Source: an uncultured Porphyromonadaceae bacterium
GTDB taxonomy: Bacteria > Bacteroidota > Bacteroidia > Bacteroidales > UBA12481
DNA: 46,858 nt
Assembly (NCBI GenBank): GCA_964444375.1
Contig: CAYUGX010000003.1
Coordinates: 1-46,858, forward strand
Direction: 5' to 3'
Each line of letters begins with the position of its first letter. Within the stretch, counting starts at the first letter, position 1. Below are positions 36,701-43,897 of this stretch, in pieces. The position numbers were made by a program, and so were the translations under genes. The notes below the pieces were generated by a model. It saw nothing but the letters and a program-made list of their open reading frames with translations, was not told the origin of the DNA and made no database searches.

Positions 36701-37897
36701 TCTGTCACGATTAAACCGATTCAATCCACCGTGGTCAATACCCAGCCAGATTATACCATCGGCATCCTGTTCTACAGCCTGTACTACTCTGTTGGACAGG
36801 CCAGTCTCGTTATAAGAATTGTAGCTGTATTGCTGTATAACATCTCGCCCGGGTTTATACAGATTCACTCCACCCCACTGGGTTCCTAACCAAAGATTGC
36901 CGTCTCGGTCTTCATAGATTAGCCAAACCTGATTATCGCTCAAGCTTTTTTCATGCAAATCATGATGGGTATGATTGGAGAAGGTATCACTCATCCAATC
37001 ATATCGATTGAATCCATTATCCGTTCCAAACCATAATCGTCCCTGCTGATCCTCCAATATCTTGTAAACTGCGCCTGCCGTAATGCCTTTTTCATCCTTT
37101 TCTTGATAGGTGTATGAAATCAAAACAGGTATTTTCCCATCGGTGAAACGAATACGTTCAACACCATTGGTGGTTCCCAACCAAATATCCCCAAAACGAT
37201 CCATACAAATGGAGATGACTGAAGGATTTATAGTAGTCACCGTAAAGCCTAATACATCATTTAAACTGCCAAAAGTCTCTTTCTCAGGACTAAAGATCTG
37301 TACACCTCCTCCCATGGTTCCCAACCATAACCGCCCCTCCTGATCCTCCACAATATCATGAATAGTATTTCCGCCTCGTTCAATTCCATCCTGTGTATAC
37401 CGGTAAAATATATCTTGTTCGTAGTCATATCGACACAGACCATTATAGGTGCCTAACCACAACCTACCCTTTGAATCGACAAGCATGCTTCTTATGATGT
37501 CATTGCTTATTGTGGTCGAATCTTCCCTGTTATATCGATAAGATTTAAATTGTTCGGTCTTGGGATCAAATCGATTCAAACCCCCACCCCGGGTGCCCAC
37601 CCAGATATACCTGCTAGAATCTTTACATAGGGCCCAAATTTCATTATTGCTCAAAGAAGTAGAGTCATTAGGATTATTCCTGAATGTGACCATGTCAAAA
37701 CCATCATACCGGGATAACCCATCAATCGTACCAAACCACATGAAGCCTTCGTGATCTTGCAGAATACTTCCTACTGTCACATTAGGCAGGCCATTGGCAG
37801 GGGTAATATGCTCAAACTGGATTTTCTCAAACTGAGAAAAGCAGCATGGATAACACCCAATGATAAGTAAGAATACCAATAAGGATCGGAGATGCAT
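33776..37897 (-). CDS. Hybrid two-component system regulator (periplasmic propeller/Y_Y_Y sensor, HisKA, HATPase, REC, AraC-type HTH)
   Basis: The ATG at 37897 gives a signal/TM segment MHLRSLLVFLLIIGCY (the listed start at 37981 is a TTG). It has repeated W-F/L-G-T propeller motifs, a TM helix WYALLFYLVFGLSFLTFLLVTII, and the H-box THEFRTPLSLI. It also has VEDNGPGIP / GIGLALSKKL, the receiver ILIVDDN...VITDVLMPNMDG, and a C-terminal AraC HTH (SITEVVLESGFQDLKTFRSWFEKKYQCSPSEYRK). Confidence 0.85.
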   Translation of the reverse strand: MHLRSLLVFLLIIGCYPCCFSQFEKIQFEHITPANGLPNVTVGSILQDHEGFMWFGTIDGLSRYDGFDMVTFRNNPNDSTSLSNNEIWALCKDSSRYIWVGTRGGGLNRFDPKTEQFKSYRYNREDSTTISNDIIRSMLVDSKGRLWLGTYNGLCRYDYEQDIFYRYTQDGIERGGNTIHDIVEDQEGRLWLGTMGGGVQIFSPEKETFGSLNDVLGFTVTTINPSVISICMDRFGDIWLGTTNGVERIRFTDGKIPVLISYTYQEKDEKGITAGAVYKILEDQQGRLWFGTDNGFNRYDWMSDTFSNHTHHDLHEKSLSDNQVWLIYEDRDGNLWLGTQWGGVNLYKPGRDVIQQYSYNSYNETGLSNRVVQAVEQDADGIIWLGIDHGGLNRFNRDRNEFVHYRHDPNNPQSISADPVLTVRDYGEYLLIGTWGGGFGKFDKSTAQFQRILVDPDNPNSICNETVHGLLQDSKGNIWVGTYNCGAYLINSKTGETEHFAPNSSDPNSLSSGRVWTIFEASNSDIWLGTNNGLNRFKSETRTFDVFRNIEDDPASISNNAIRVIYEDRNERMWFGTSRGLNLYDPTSDTFSVYTARDGLPGNVISSIVEDSKGNLWLGTFTGISRFSPSTGEVFTVSVQNGLTSNQVRYRSGCQLNTGELLFGSPRGFVIFHPDSLRPISNTPSLVITDLLINNHRISPGVDYNGINILQHSINHTEFIRLPYRFNDLAFRVASIDYQSPTINQHAYRLEGDDTDWIQLGNRRWINFNNLKPGEYTLQVKGTNSNREWSDQIKTIQFIIDPPFWKTWYALLFYLVFGLSFLTFLLVTIINKERLTKRLEMKELVTQQEQQLNDIRLRFYTNVTHEFRTPLSLIIAPLCDLINKTHELDLPDEYLRKLKIVNNNAQRLLGLVNQLIDFRKTESGLMKLKVTQCYLSDLISEISHSFAELAKLSHIDFHVIDELKEKVIWCESGKIEMVINNLISNALRFAQTNGFVRVRLRDDADYVEITVEDNGPGIPEKEIEKIFERFYQAENDVSVATSGIGLALSKKLIELHKGEIGVTSDPGKLTRFTVRLRKGKDHFQDHELIAIPDFDQTKSAETNKTRKPTHGLKSNIHKKQDQLILIVDDNKELRNYISSLLSKFYNVELAQDGIEALEKIDSVIPDMVITDVLMPNMDGFELCQKIKNNDKTRHIPVILVTAKTQDRFRFLGLQQGADDFISKPFDPDYLVEKVHQTLKTRLDLEDKYSKKVVLGPQEVLITPADEILIEKAKKIVEANMGDPEFETHKLASAMGMSYSTLYRRFSPLIEATPAEFIRDMRLIRSAQLLKDKSKSITEVVLESGFQDLKTFRSWFEKKYQCSPSEYRKSISSD

Positions 37898-38004
37898 TTG
37901 AATATTACCTAAGATTTTGATTCGAAAATTAGCAATTCCAATAGTAGCGCACAAGTATCTGCACTTTTCACTTCGGACCAAGGTAAAAATTTATGTGAAA
38001 GTAT

Positions 38005-39162
38005 TCAGCTTGCTGTTACCTCCTCCAGAATAATACGGTAATTTGTCAGGGTCAAATCAGAAATCTCCCGACCGTATGGACTGGCTGAAGGTAGTAAAAC
38101 AAAACCTCTACCAGAACCTGAGGTGCCCTCCTCAATGGAACTCCGTACCACCTTTCTGAACTGGTCGGTTGGTAAATTCTCTATATCAGTAATCTCAATA
38201 TTACCGAAAAGAACCAGTTGCTTACCATACAGTTTTCGGGCTACAGCTAGTTCAAGATTCCCATGTGGCGGAGGTTCTAGAGGGTCAATAGCATCGGCAC
38301 CCATATCAACAATGGCCGGTAAAACTTCATTGACATTACCATGAACGTGTACGCGTGCATAGCCCCCATTTCTATGAATTGCATCAATCATTGGTCCATC
38401 GTATTGAACAACAAAATCTGCAAAGAAGTTGGCCGGAAAAAAGGGGGGAGTGACATATTCGGGACCGTAGATTCGCCAAAGATGTCGAGGCAGTAACGCC
38501 GAAACCTGCTCGGTCCTGGCCTGTATAATTCTTGCGTGCTTCCTGAGCATTTGATGGCATAAATCAGGCTCGGTAAAGGCAAAGAGTGCAAATTCTTCCA
38601 TGGGAAACAATCCAGCCACCACACAAACCGGATCCTCGGTGTCTACCATTACAATTCCTCTGTTACCCAGACGCTTTTCCTCTTCATAGAGGGGTTCACA
38701 ATCTATTGTTTCTCCAAAAACCTCATCCGGCAGTGCCAGGTAGGTCAACACATCCTCTCGAGTTTTGATTAGATACTCAATGGTCCAGACTGTGTCAAGC
38801 GATTTATCTCTTCTTGTCACTGAGCTCAGCACCTTTTTTCCTAGCGTATAGCTCAAGCGGGAGAATGTACTTCTGTCATCTTCCCAGCTTTCTAACTTAA
38901 CATACTTCTCTATGGCGGGATTTTGATTAGCGTGTTCCCAGGCAAGATGTGAGGTTTTTCGAACTGGACTCATCATCCGCATAATATCAGTGTGATTTTC
39001 AGCTAAATCCAACAAAGGCTTCCAGGATGGAGAATTGTATACGTTATATTCATCTTGATTATCTGGATTCACAAGAAATCCCCCAATCTCATAAAAACTC
39101 AGGGCAGGTCGGTCTACAGGTTCTCCAGCCAGTGTTTTGAGTAAGCGTTCCTTAGAATTCAT
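38005..39162 (-). CDS. Uroporphyrinogen decarboxylase (URO-D)-fold family protein, not canonical HemE (MtaA/CmuA-like paralog)
   Basis: 385 aa with no signal peptide. The N-terminus KERLLKTLAGEPVDRPA matches the URO-D family start. However, the HemE PVWxMRQAGR segment is replaced by PALSFYEIGG. The C-terminal GADAIDPLEPPP and GFVLLPSASP are TIM-barrel URO-D-like. Confidence 0.5.
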   Translation of the reverse strand: MNSKERLLKTLAGEPVDRPALSFYEIGGFLVNPDNQDEYNVYNSPSWKPLLDLAENHTDIMRMMSPVRKTSHLAWEHANQNPAIEKYVKLESWEDDRSTFSRLSYTLGKKVLSSVTRRDKSLDTVWTIEYLIKTREDVLTYLALPDEVFGETIDCEPLYEEEKRLGNRGIVMVDTEDPVCVVAGLFPMEEFALFAFTEPDLCHQMLRKHARIIQARTEQVSALLPRHLWRIYGPEYVTPPFFPANFFADFVVQYDGPMIDAIHRNGGYARVHVHGNVNEVLPAIVDMGADAIDPLEPPPHGNLELAVARKLYGKQLVLFGNIEITDIENLPTDQFRKVVRSSIEEGTSGSGRGFVLLPSASPYGREISDLTLTNYRIILEEVTAS

Positions 39163-39166
39163 AAAT

Positions 39167-39174
39167 CAAAGATA
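39167..39174 (-). promoter_or_regulatory. Exact Bacteroidota -7 promoter box TAnnTTTG (TATCTTTG) immediately upstream of the URO-D-like gene
   Basis: Plus strand CAAAGATA is minus strand TATCTTTG. The box ends 4 nt before the ATG at 39162, which would imply a leaderless or near-leaderless transcript. This is a single 8-mer match, so the support is weak. Confidence 0.3.
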
Positions 39175-39233
39175 AAGTGATTAATTACAACACTTCGATT
39201 TATTATCTTTAAGCCAAACTTAAAGTATACCCC

Positions 39234-40103
39234 ATGAAAAGCAGAAGAAGTTTCATCAAACAGGCAAGTCTATTAACCGCAGGGAGCTTTTTCGCCCCCC
39301 AATTATTATCCAGCTGTGCATCAGGAGTGAAAAACATCGGGCTGCAATTGTATTCGTTACGGGGCATGGTACAGCAAGAAGGGATTCAGGCAACCCTCGA
39401 CCTGGTTGCCGAAATGGGTTATAAAAACCTGGAAACTGCAGGATATGGCGATGAGAAAATATATGGTCTGACTCCAGGCGATTTTATGAAACGGGTTGAA
39501 GATCTCGGCATGAAAGTCACCAGCGCTCACCTAGGACAAGCCTACACGAAAGGCGAAGAAGAAAAGGTCATGGATTGGTGGAAAATGGCCACTCAGGCAC
39601 ACCAAGATGCCGGAATGTCGTATATGATCATGCCCTGGATGCCAGTCGGTGAAAAAAGTGAACTCGATGAATTAAAACGGTACTGCGATTATTTCAATCA
39701 GGTCGGCGAAATCACCAGTGATGCCAACATCAACTTCGGGTTTCATAACCATGCAGGAGAATTTAAAAAGATCGGAGACCACGTCATATTTGACTATATG
39801 TTAGCCAATACCGATCCGAAAAAAGTTTGCTTCCAATTAGATGTGTATTGGTGTCAGGTCGGTGGTGCCAATCCGGTTGAATACCTCAAAAATTATAAGG
39901 ATCAAATTCTGATTACCCACATCAAAGACGAAAAAGAGATCGGTGCCAGTGGCACGATGGATTTTGAAGCCATCTTCAATCAGATGTACAAAAACAAAAT
40001 TAAAGATTGGTATGTGGAGGTTGAGCGTTACACGAACAACGATCCAAAGGCCAGCGTGCAGGAGAGTTTTTCCTATTTGAATGCCGCAGAGTATGTGAAA
40101 TAG
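39234..40103 (+). CDS. TAT-exported xylose-isomerase-like TIM-barrel protein (sugar phosphate isomerase/epimerase family)
   Basis: 289 aa with the canonical twin-arginine signal MKSRRSFIKQASLLTAGSFFAP. Family-type segments are present: GYKNLETAGY, FGFHNHAGEF, QLDVYWC, ITHIKD, WYVEVE. Confidence 0.65.
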   Translation: MKSRRSFIKQASLLTAGSFFAPQLLSSCASGVKNIGLQLYSLRGMVQQEGIQATLDLVAEMGYKNLETAGYGDEKIYGLTPGDFMKRVEDLGMKVTSAHLGQAYTKGEEEKVMDWWKMATQAHQDAGMSYMIMPWMPVGEKSELDELKRYCDYFNQVGEITSDANINFGFHNHAGEFKKIGDHVIFDYMLANTDPKKVCFQLDVYWCQVGGANPVEYLKNYKDQILITHIKDEKEIGASGTMDFEAIFNQMYKNKIKDWYVEVERYTNNDPKASVQESFSYLNAAEYVK

Positions 40104-40107
40104 ATTA

Positions 40108-40554
40108 CTAGATCTTCTTCACTTTAACAGCATTCATCCCTTTCAACCCTTTCATAAGCTCAAAGGAGACCTTATCGTTTTCGGTTATCTCGTCGATAAG
40201 CCCATTAACGTGGACGAAATATTTTTCATTGGTTCCCTGTTCTCTGATGAAACCGAAACCTTTTGAGTGATTAAAGAAATCAACTTTACCTTGTCGCACC
40301 GCATCTTTTTCAGAGTCTTCTTTCTTCGGAACGCTAATCTCAATATCATCTAGACTCACCTTCTTCTTTTTACTTGGATCAATTGGTGTATCCGTGAGAT
40401 TCCCATTTTCGTCGACATAGGCCAGCATATCCTCAAATCCTGAGCTTTTTGCATTAGCTCTCCGTTCTTCAAGCTTCTTCTTCTTGTCTTGCCGTTTCTT
40501 GATCCGTTTTTTTTCCTTTTCCTTCTTGTTAAATGTTTCCTGCGATTTACCCAT
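40108..40554 (-). CDS. Cold-shock-domain protein with an ~80-aa Lys/Glu-rich N-terminal extension
   Basis: 148 aa. The N-terminus is KKEKEKKRIKKRQDKKKKLEERR. The C-terminal CSD has an RNP1-like KGFGFI and an RNP2-like YFVHV. Its stop lies 4 nt from the convergent TIM-barrel gene stop. Confidence 0.75.
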   Translation of the reverse strand: MGKSQETFNKKEKEKKRIKKRQDKKKKLEERRANAKSSGFEDMLAYVDENGNLTDTPIDPSKKKKVSLDDIEISVPKKEDSEKDAVRQGKVDFFNHSKGFGFIREQGTNEKYFVHVNGLIDEITENDKVSFELMKGLKGMNAVKVKKI

Positions 40555-40624
40555 TCGTATTTTTTAATGTTTGACTGCGATTAAACCATCTTTGATTATC
40601 TCGCTAATTTAGGGCCAAAGTAGA

Positions 40625-40632
40625 CAAAACTA
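40625..40632 (-). promoter_or_regulatory. Exact Bacteroidota -7 promoter box TAnnTTTG (TAGTTTTG) upstream of the cold-shock gene
   Basis: Plus strand CAAAACTA is minus strand TAGTTTTG, about 70 nt upstream of the ATG at 40554. That is compatible with a csp-type 5' UTR. There is no clean -33 TTTG partner, so the support is weak. Confidence 0.3.
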
Positions 40633-40784
40633 CTGAGACTATATAAAATACTTTGCTCTGTGAGATCGAAAAATCCATGAAAACAGGGCAACTCGGCATG
40701 AATAAGTTAAACCAAATTCAATAGAAGTTGTATATCTGTATCACAAACGACACTATTGTTCGCGACATTTCAAATCATCTGACC

Positions 40785-41267
40785 ATGAAAAATACTTTTT
40801 ATACCTACGAGGCAAAAAGCCTGCAAGGAAAAAACATCAGCATGGAATACTTTAAGGGAAAGACTGTGCTCGTAGTCAATACGGCAAGCAAATGTGGATT
40901 AACTCCTCAATTTGAAGGGTTGGAAGCCTTATACCAAAAGTACAATGAAAAAGGATTGGTCATTTTGGGCTTTCCGTGTAATCAGTTCGCTAATCAGGAA
41001 CCTGGTGATGAAAAATCAATTGAAGAAGGGTGTCTGTTAAACTACGGCGTAACTTTCCCCATGTTTGCAAAAATCGATGTAAACGGGGCGAGTGCCCATC
41101 CACTTTATAAATACCTGAAAAGTCAATTAGGCAGTCCCTTGGGAAGAAAGATCAAGTGGAACTTCACGAAGTTTCTGATTGATCCCGACGGTAAACCCAT
41201 TAAGCGTTTCTCACCCACAACAAAACCAGAACAGATTGACAACTATTTGTCAAAGAAACTCACTTAA
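40785..41267 (+). CDS. Glutathione peroxidase (Cys-type)
   Basis: The ATG at 40785 gives MKNTFYTYEAKSLQGKNISM (the listed start at 40728 is a TTG). Motifs seen: VVNTASKCGLTPQ (peroxidatic Cys), LGFPCNQF, WNFTKFLI. Confidence 0.85.
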   Translation: MKNTFYTYEAKSLQGKNISMEYFKGKTVLVVNTASKCGLTPQFEGLEALYQKYNEKGLVILGFPCNQFANQEPGDEKSIEEGCLLNYGVTFPMFAKIDVNGASAHPLYKYLKSQLGSPLGRKIKWNFTKFLIDPDGKPIKRFSPTTKPEQIDNYLSKKLT

Positions 41268-41414
41268 CCTCTTCGAACAGAAAGAACAATGACATTCCAG
41301 TAAAACTGTCACAGCGATTACTTGGCGCGTAGTTCAGAGATGTTATTCATTTTTTTCACGAAAGTAGGGTGTTTTGAGTTTTCAATCGGTATTAGGTTGA
41401 GTTTAACTTAAAAA

Positions 41415-42431
41415 ATGAGAAAAATGAGCAAGCTTTTTAAATTTACGACCATCTTGTTACTGAGCATATCAGTGACCGGATTAATGAGTTCTTGTGACAA
41501 AGAAATCGACACCCTAAGCGAGGATTTAGACCTCTTAGAACTGAAGTCATCTGAAGATGATGAAAGCGGAGATGACAGACAAGGTGATAAAAAGCGAAAC
41601 CATGGCAAGAAGTCTTGTTTCGACATAGTCTATCCAATATCAATGACTTTGCCTGACGGAACTGTAATCACTGGTGAAAGAGATGAACTGCATGAAAGCA
41701 TTAAGGAATGGCGCGAAGCCAATCCGGATGTGAAAGAGAAACCACAAATCAACTTCCCAATTAGCAATCAAAACACATCAGATGAAGAGAATGTGGATCC
41801 AGAAACAGTAGAAATTGCTGATGAAGAGGCTTTAAAAGCGGCGATTGAAGCTTGTCCCAAAGGCGATAAAGGCAACAAAGATCGAAGAGGACATGGAAAG
41901 AAAGCCTGCTTCAAAATAGTCTATCCTATTTCCATGACTTTACCCGATGGTGAAGTAGTCAGCGGTGACCGGAAAGAATTGGATGAAGCCATTAAGGCTT
42001 GGCGTGAGGCCAATCCGGAGGTGAAAGAAAGACCTCAGATCAACTTCCCAATTAGCATTCAATATCCTCCTGAAGAAGATGGTGGTGATCCGGTGGTAGT
42101 TGAAATTGCTGACCACGATGCGCTTGAAGAAGCCATGAAAGCATGTAAAGATGATAATCGCGATGACAAAAAACCCAGAACGTGTTTTAAAATCGTATAT
42201 CCCATTTCTATGACCCTACCGGATGGATCCGTTGTCAGTGGTGACCGGAAAGAACTGAATGAAGCCATTAAAGCCTGGCGCAATGCCAATCCGGATGTGA
42301 AGGAAAGAGCTCAGCTAAATTTCCCTTTAAGCGTTGAGTATCGTCCTGTAGAAGAAGGAGGAGATCCCGTGGTGGTAGAATTTGCCAGCCAGGAAGAATT
42401 TGACCAGGCAGTTGAAGATTGTGGTAAATAA
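41415..42431 (+). CDS. Lipoprotein made of an acidic linker plus three tandem 80-aa Cys-bracketed repeat modules; function unknown
   Basis: 338 aa with signal/lipobox LLLSISVTGLMSSC. There are three modules of the form CF-x-IVYPISMTLPDG-x-V-x-G-x-R-x-EL-x-E-x-IK-x-WR-x-ANP-x-VKE-x-PQ-x-NFP...DP-x-x-VE...C. Each is preceded by a basic Lys/Arg linker. Confidence 0.75.
   Translation: MRKMSKLFKFTTILLLSISVTGLMSSCDKEIDTLSEDLDLLELKSSEDDESGDDRQGDKKRNHGKKSCFDIVYPISMTLPDGTVITGERDELHESIKEWREANPDVKEKPQINFPISNQNTSDEENVDPETVEIADEEALKAAIEACPKGDKGNKDRRGHGKKACFKIVYPISMTLPDGEVVSGDRKELDEAIKAWREANPEVKERPQINFPISIQYPPEEDGGDPVVVEIADHDALEEAMKACKDDNRDDKKPRTCFKIVYPISMTLPDGSVVSGDRKELNEAIKAWRNANPDVKERAQLNFPLSVEYRPVEEGGDPVVVEFASQEEFDQAVEDCGK
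41616..42422 (+). repeat. Three tandem 240-nt coding repeats (41616-41855, 41907-42146, 42183-42422)
   Basis: Hand alignment of the 80-aa modules gives 53/80 identities for R1 vs R2 and 57/80 for R2 vs R3. The nucleotide sequences differ at many synonymous positions (e.g. gtctatccaatatcaatgact / gtctatcctatttccatgact / gtatatcccatttctatgacc). This indicates an old duplication kept by selection on the protein. Confidence 0.9.
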
Positions 42432-42459
42432 ACATGGTTTGGATTGTGTAATTTAGTGC

Positions 42460-42494
42460 GGTGCTGATCTGGGAGAATTTTCCGGATCAGCACC
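42460..42494 (+). terminator. Strong stem-loop downstream of the repeat-lipoprotein gene, overlapping the candidate GTG start of the ECF sigma gene (terminator or attenuator)
   Basis: GGTGCTGATC (42460-42469) pairs perfectly with GATCAGCACC (42485-42494). The stem can extend through a U-G wobble and two G-C pairs. It lies 29 nt after the stop at 42431. No U-tract follows. Confidence 0.4.
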
Positions 42495-42994
42495 ATTCAA
42501 AACAATCAAAACACGCAGCCTTGACCAGAGAAACATTCAAATACGTGTACGATCAGTTTGCAGGTGCCATAAGGAACTACATCTATTATCGCTCTGGCAA
42601 TACTAGCCTTGCCGATGATATCACCCAGGAAACCTTTATCAGAATCTGGGAGAAGCAGATCACATACGATGAAAAGAAAACCAGGTCATTGCTGTATAAA
42701 ATTGCCAACGACTTCCTTATTGATCACGTCAGGAAACACAATATTCGGATTGAATATTTGAGTGATTTGAAATTCAGACTAAAGGCAGATCTGGAAGAAT
42801 CAAAAGATCAGGAGATGATGAGACAAAAATGTGAAAAAGCCTTATCCGTGCTGACAGAAAAGGAAAGGATAGTATTCCTGATGAGCAAAAAAGACGAGAT
42901 GAAATATAGCGAAATCGCTGAGTGTTTGAACATAAGCAAGAAAGCAGTTGAAAAACGTATGAGTCAGGCCCTAAAAAAAATGAAGTTAAAGTAA
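42461..42994 (+). CDS. ECF-type RNA polymerase sigma-70 factor
   Basis: Region 2 is ADDITQETFIRIWEK...LYKIANDFLIDHVRK. Region 4 is ALSVLTEKERIVFLMSKKDEMKYSEIAECLNISKKAVEKRMSQALKKM. There is no in-frame ATG near the 5' end, so the start is either GTG 42461 (inside the hairpin) or TTG 42521. Confidence 0.75.
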   Translation: MLIWENFPDQHHSKQSKHAALTRETFKYVYDQFAGAIRNYIYYRSGNTSLADDITQETFIRIWEKQITYDEKKTRSLLYKIANDFLIDHVRKHNIRIEYLSDLKFRLKADLEESKDQEMMRQKCEKALSVLTEKERIVFLMSKKDEMKYSEIAECLNISKKAVEKRMSQALKKMKLK

Positions 42995-42995
42995 A

Positions 42996-43835
42996 ATGAA
43001 AAAACATGATGACATAAAAGACTACTACCATCAACTTGAAAGCCCTTTTGAGCAGAGTGAATCAGAACTTTGGGGGAAAATTAGTACCCAGATCGAAGAT
43101 CGATCACCAACAAAAACCAGAAGTCTGGCCTGGATCCAATACGCTGCAGCAGCTGTAGTTCTTCTTTTAATTAGTACCGGTGCATTCGTACGGTTCTACT
43201 CCAAAACAGTCTCAACTGAACGGGGAGAACACCTGGCCATTGCACTACCCGACGATTCATCGGTAGAATTAAACGCAGAATCTATCATACGATATAAACC
43301 GTATTGGTGGAAGTTTCAACGTGAAGTTAAATTGGAAGGAGAGGCATTTTTCCTGGTTGAGAATGGGTCAACATTCAAAATACTTTCAAGAAATGGGATC
43401 ACTGAAGTTGTAGGAACCAGTTTTAACATTTATGCCCGTGGTCCAGATTACCGTGTGTTCTGTCAAACCGGACGAGTTAAAGTTATGAATGTTGATGTCA
43501 CCGAAGAATTACTCCTAAATCCGGGTGAGCTAGGCGTTATTAGCACAGAAATTAAACGCCCTCAAATACAGAGTATTGAGGCAGAAAAAATCATCTCCTG
43601 GTTAGACTATGAGTTCAATTTCATTTCAGAACCATTAACGCAGGTGATTGAAGAAATTGAAAGACAGTTTAATGTAGATATTCAATTGGATTTGACTCTG
43701 CCAGAAGAATTACTTTATACAGGCTATTTCGCTAAAACTTCATCCGTTGAATCAGCGCTAAACCTGATCAGCAAAAGTTTTAGTATTACCTTTGAGAAAA
43801 TACGAACCGGAGTTTATGTACTGAAAAACGAATAG
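42996..43835 (+). CDS. FecR-family transmembrane anti-sigma factor
   Basis: 279 aa. The ATG is 1 nt after the sigma stop. It has a single TM helix (LAWIQYAAAAVVLLLISTGAFV). The FecR domain reads LPDDSSVELNAESIIRY...VKLEGEAFFLVENGSTFKILS...VVGTSFNIY. Confidence 0.8.
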   Translation: MKKHDDIKDYYHQLESPFEQSESELWGKISTQIEDRSPTKTRSLAWIQYAAAAVVLLLISTGAFVRFYSKTVSTERGEHLAIALPDDSSVELNAESIIRYKPYWWKFQREVKLEGEAFFLVENGSTFKILSRNGITEVVGTSFNIYARGPDYRVFCQTGRVKVMNVDVTEELLLNPGELGVISTEIKRPQIQSIEAEKIISWLDYEFNFISEPLTQVIEEIERQFNVDIQLDLTLPEELLYTGYFAKTSSVESALNLISKSFSITFEKIRTGVYVLKNE

Positions 43836-43897
43836 TATGATTACATGCTTACGCTGAATAATTGAAGACTATCAGATCAAATCAAAATAATGTAGTT

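Noticed and set aside
37898-37981. N-terminal extensions of listed ORFs from non-ATG starts: HTCS TTG 37981, TBDR TTG 43862, GPx TTG 40728, plus the extended susC frame to 33544, the PQQ-like gene at 15734 and the FG-GAP gene at 17136.
   Set aside because: In every case an internal ATG immediately precedes a textbook signal peptide or the conserved mature N-terminus. The extensions are therefore probably untranslated.
38005-39162. Annotating the URO-D-fold gene as hemE.
   Set aside because: The conserved HemE N-terminal substrate-binding segment (PVWxMRQAGR) is absent, so only a family-level call is justified.
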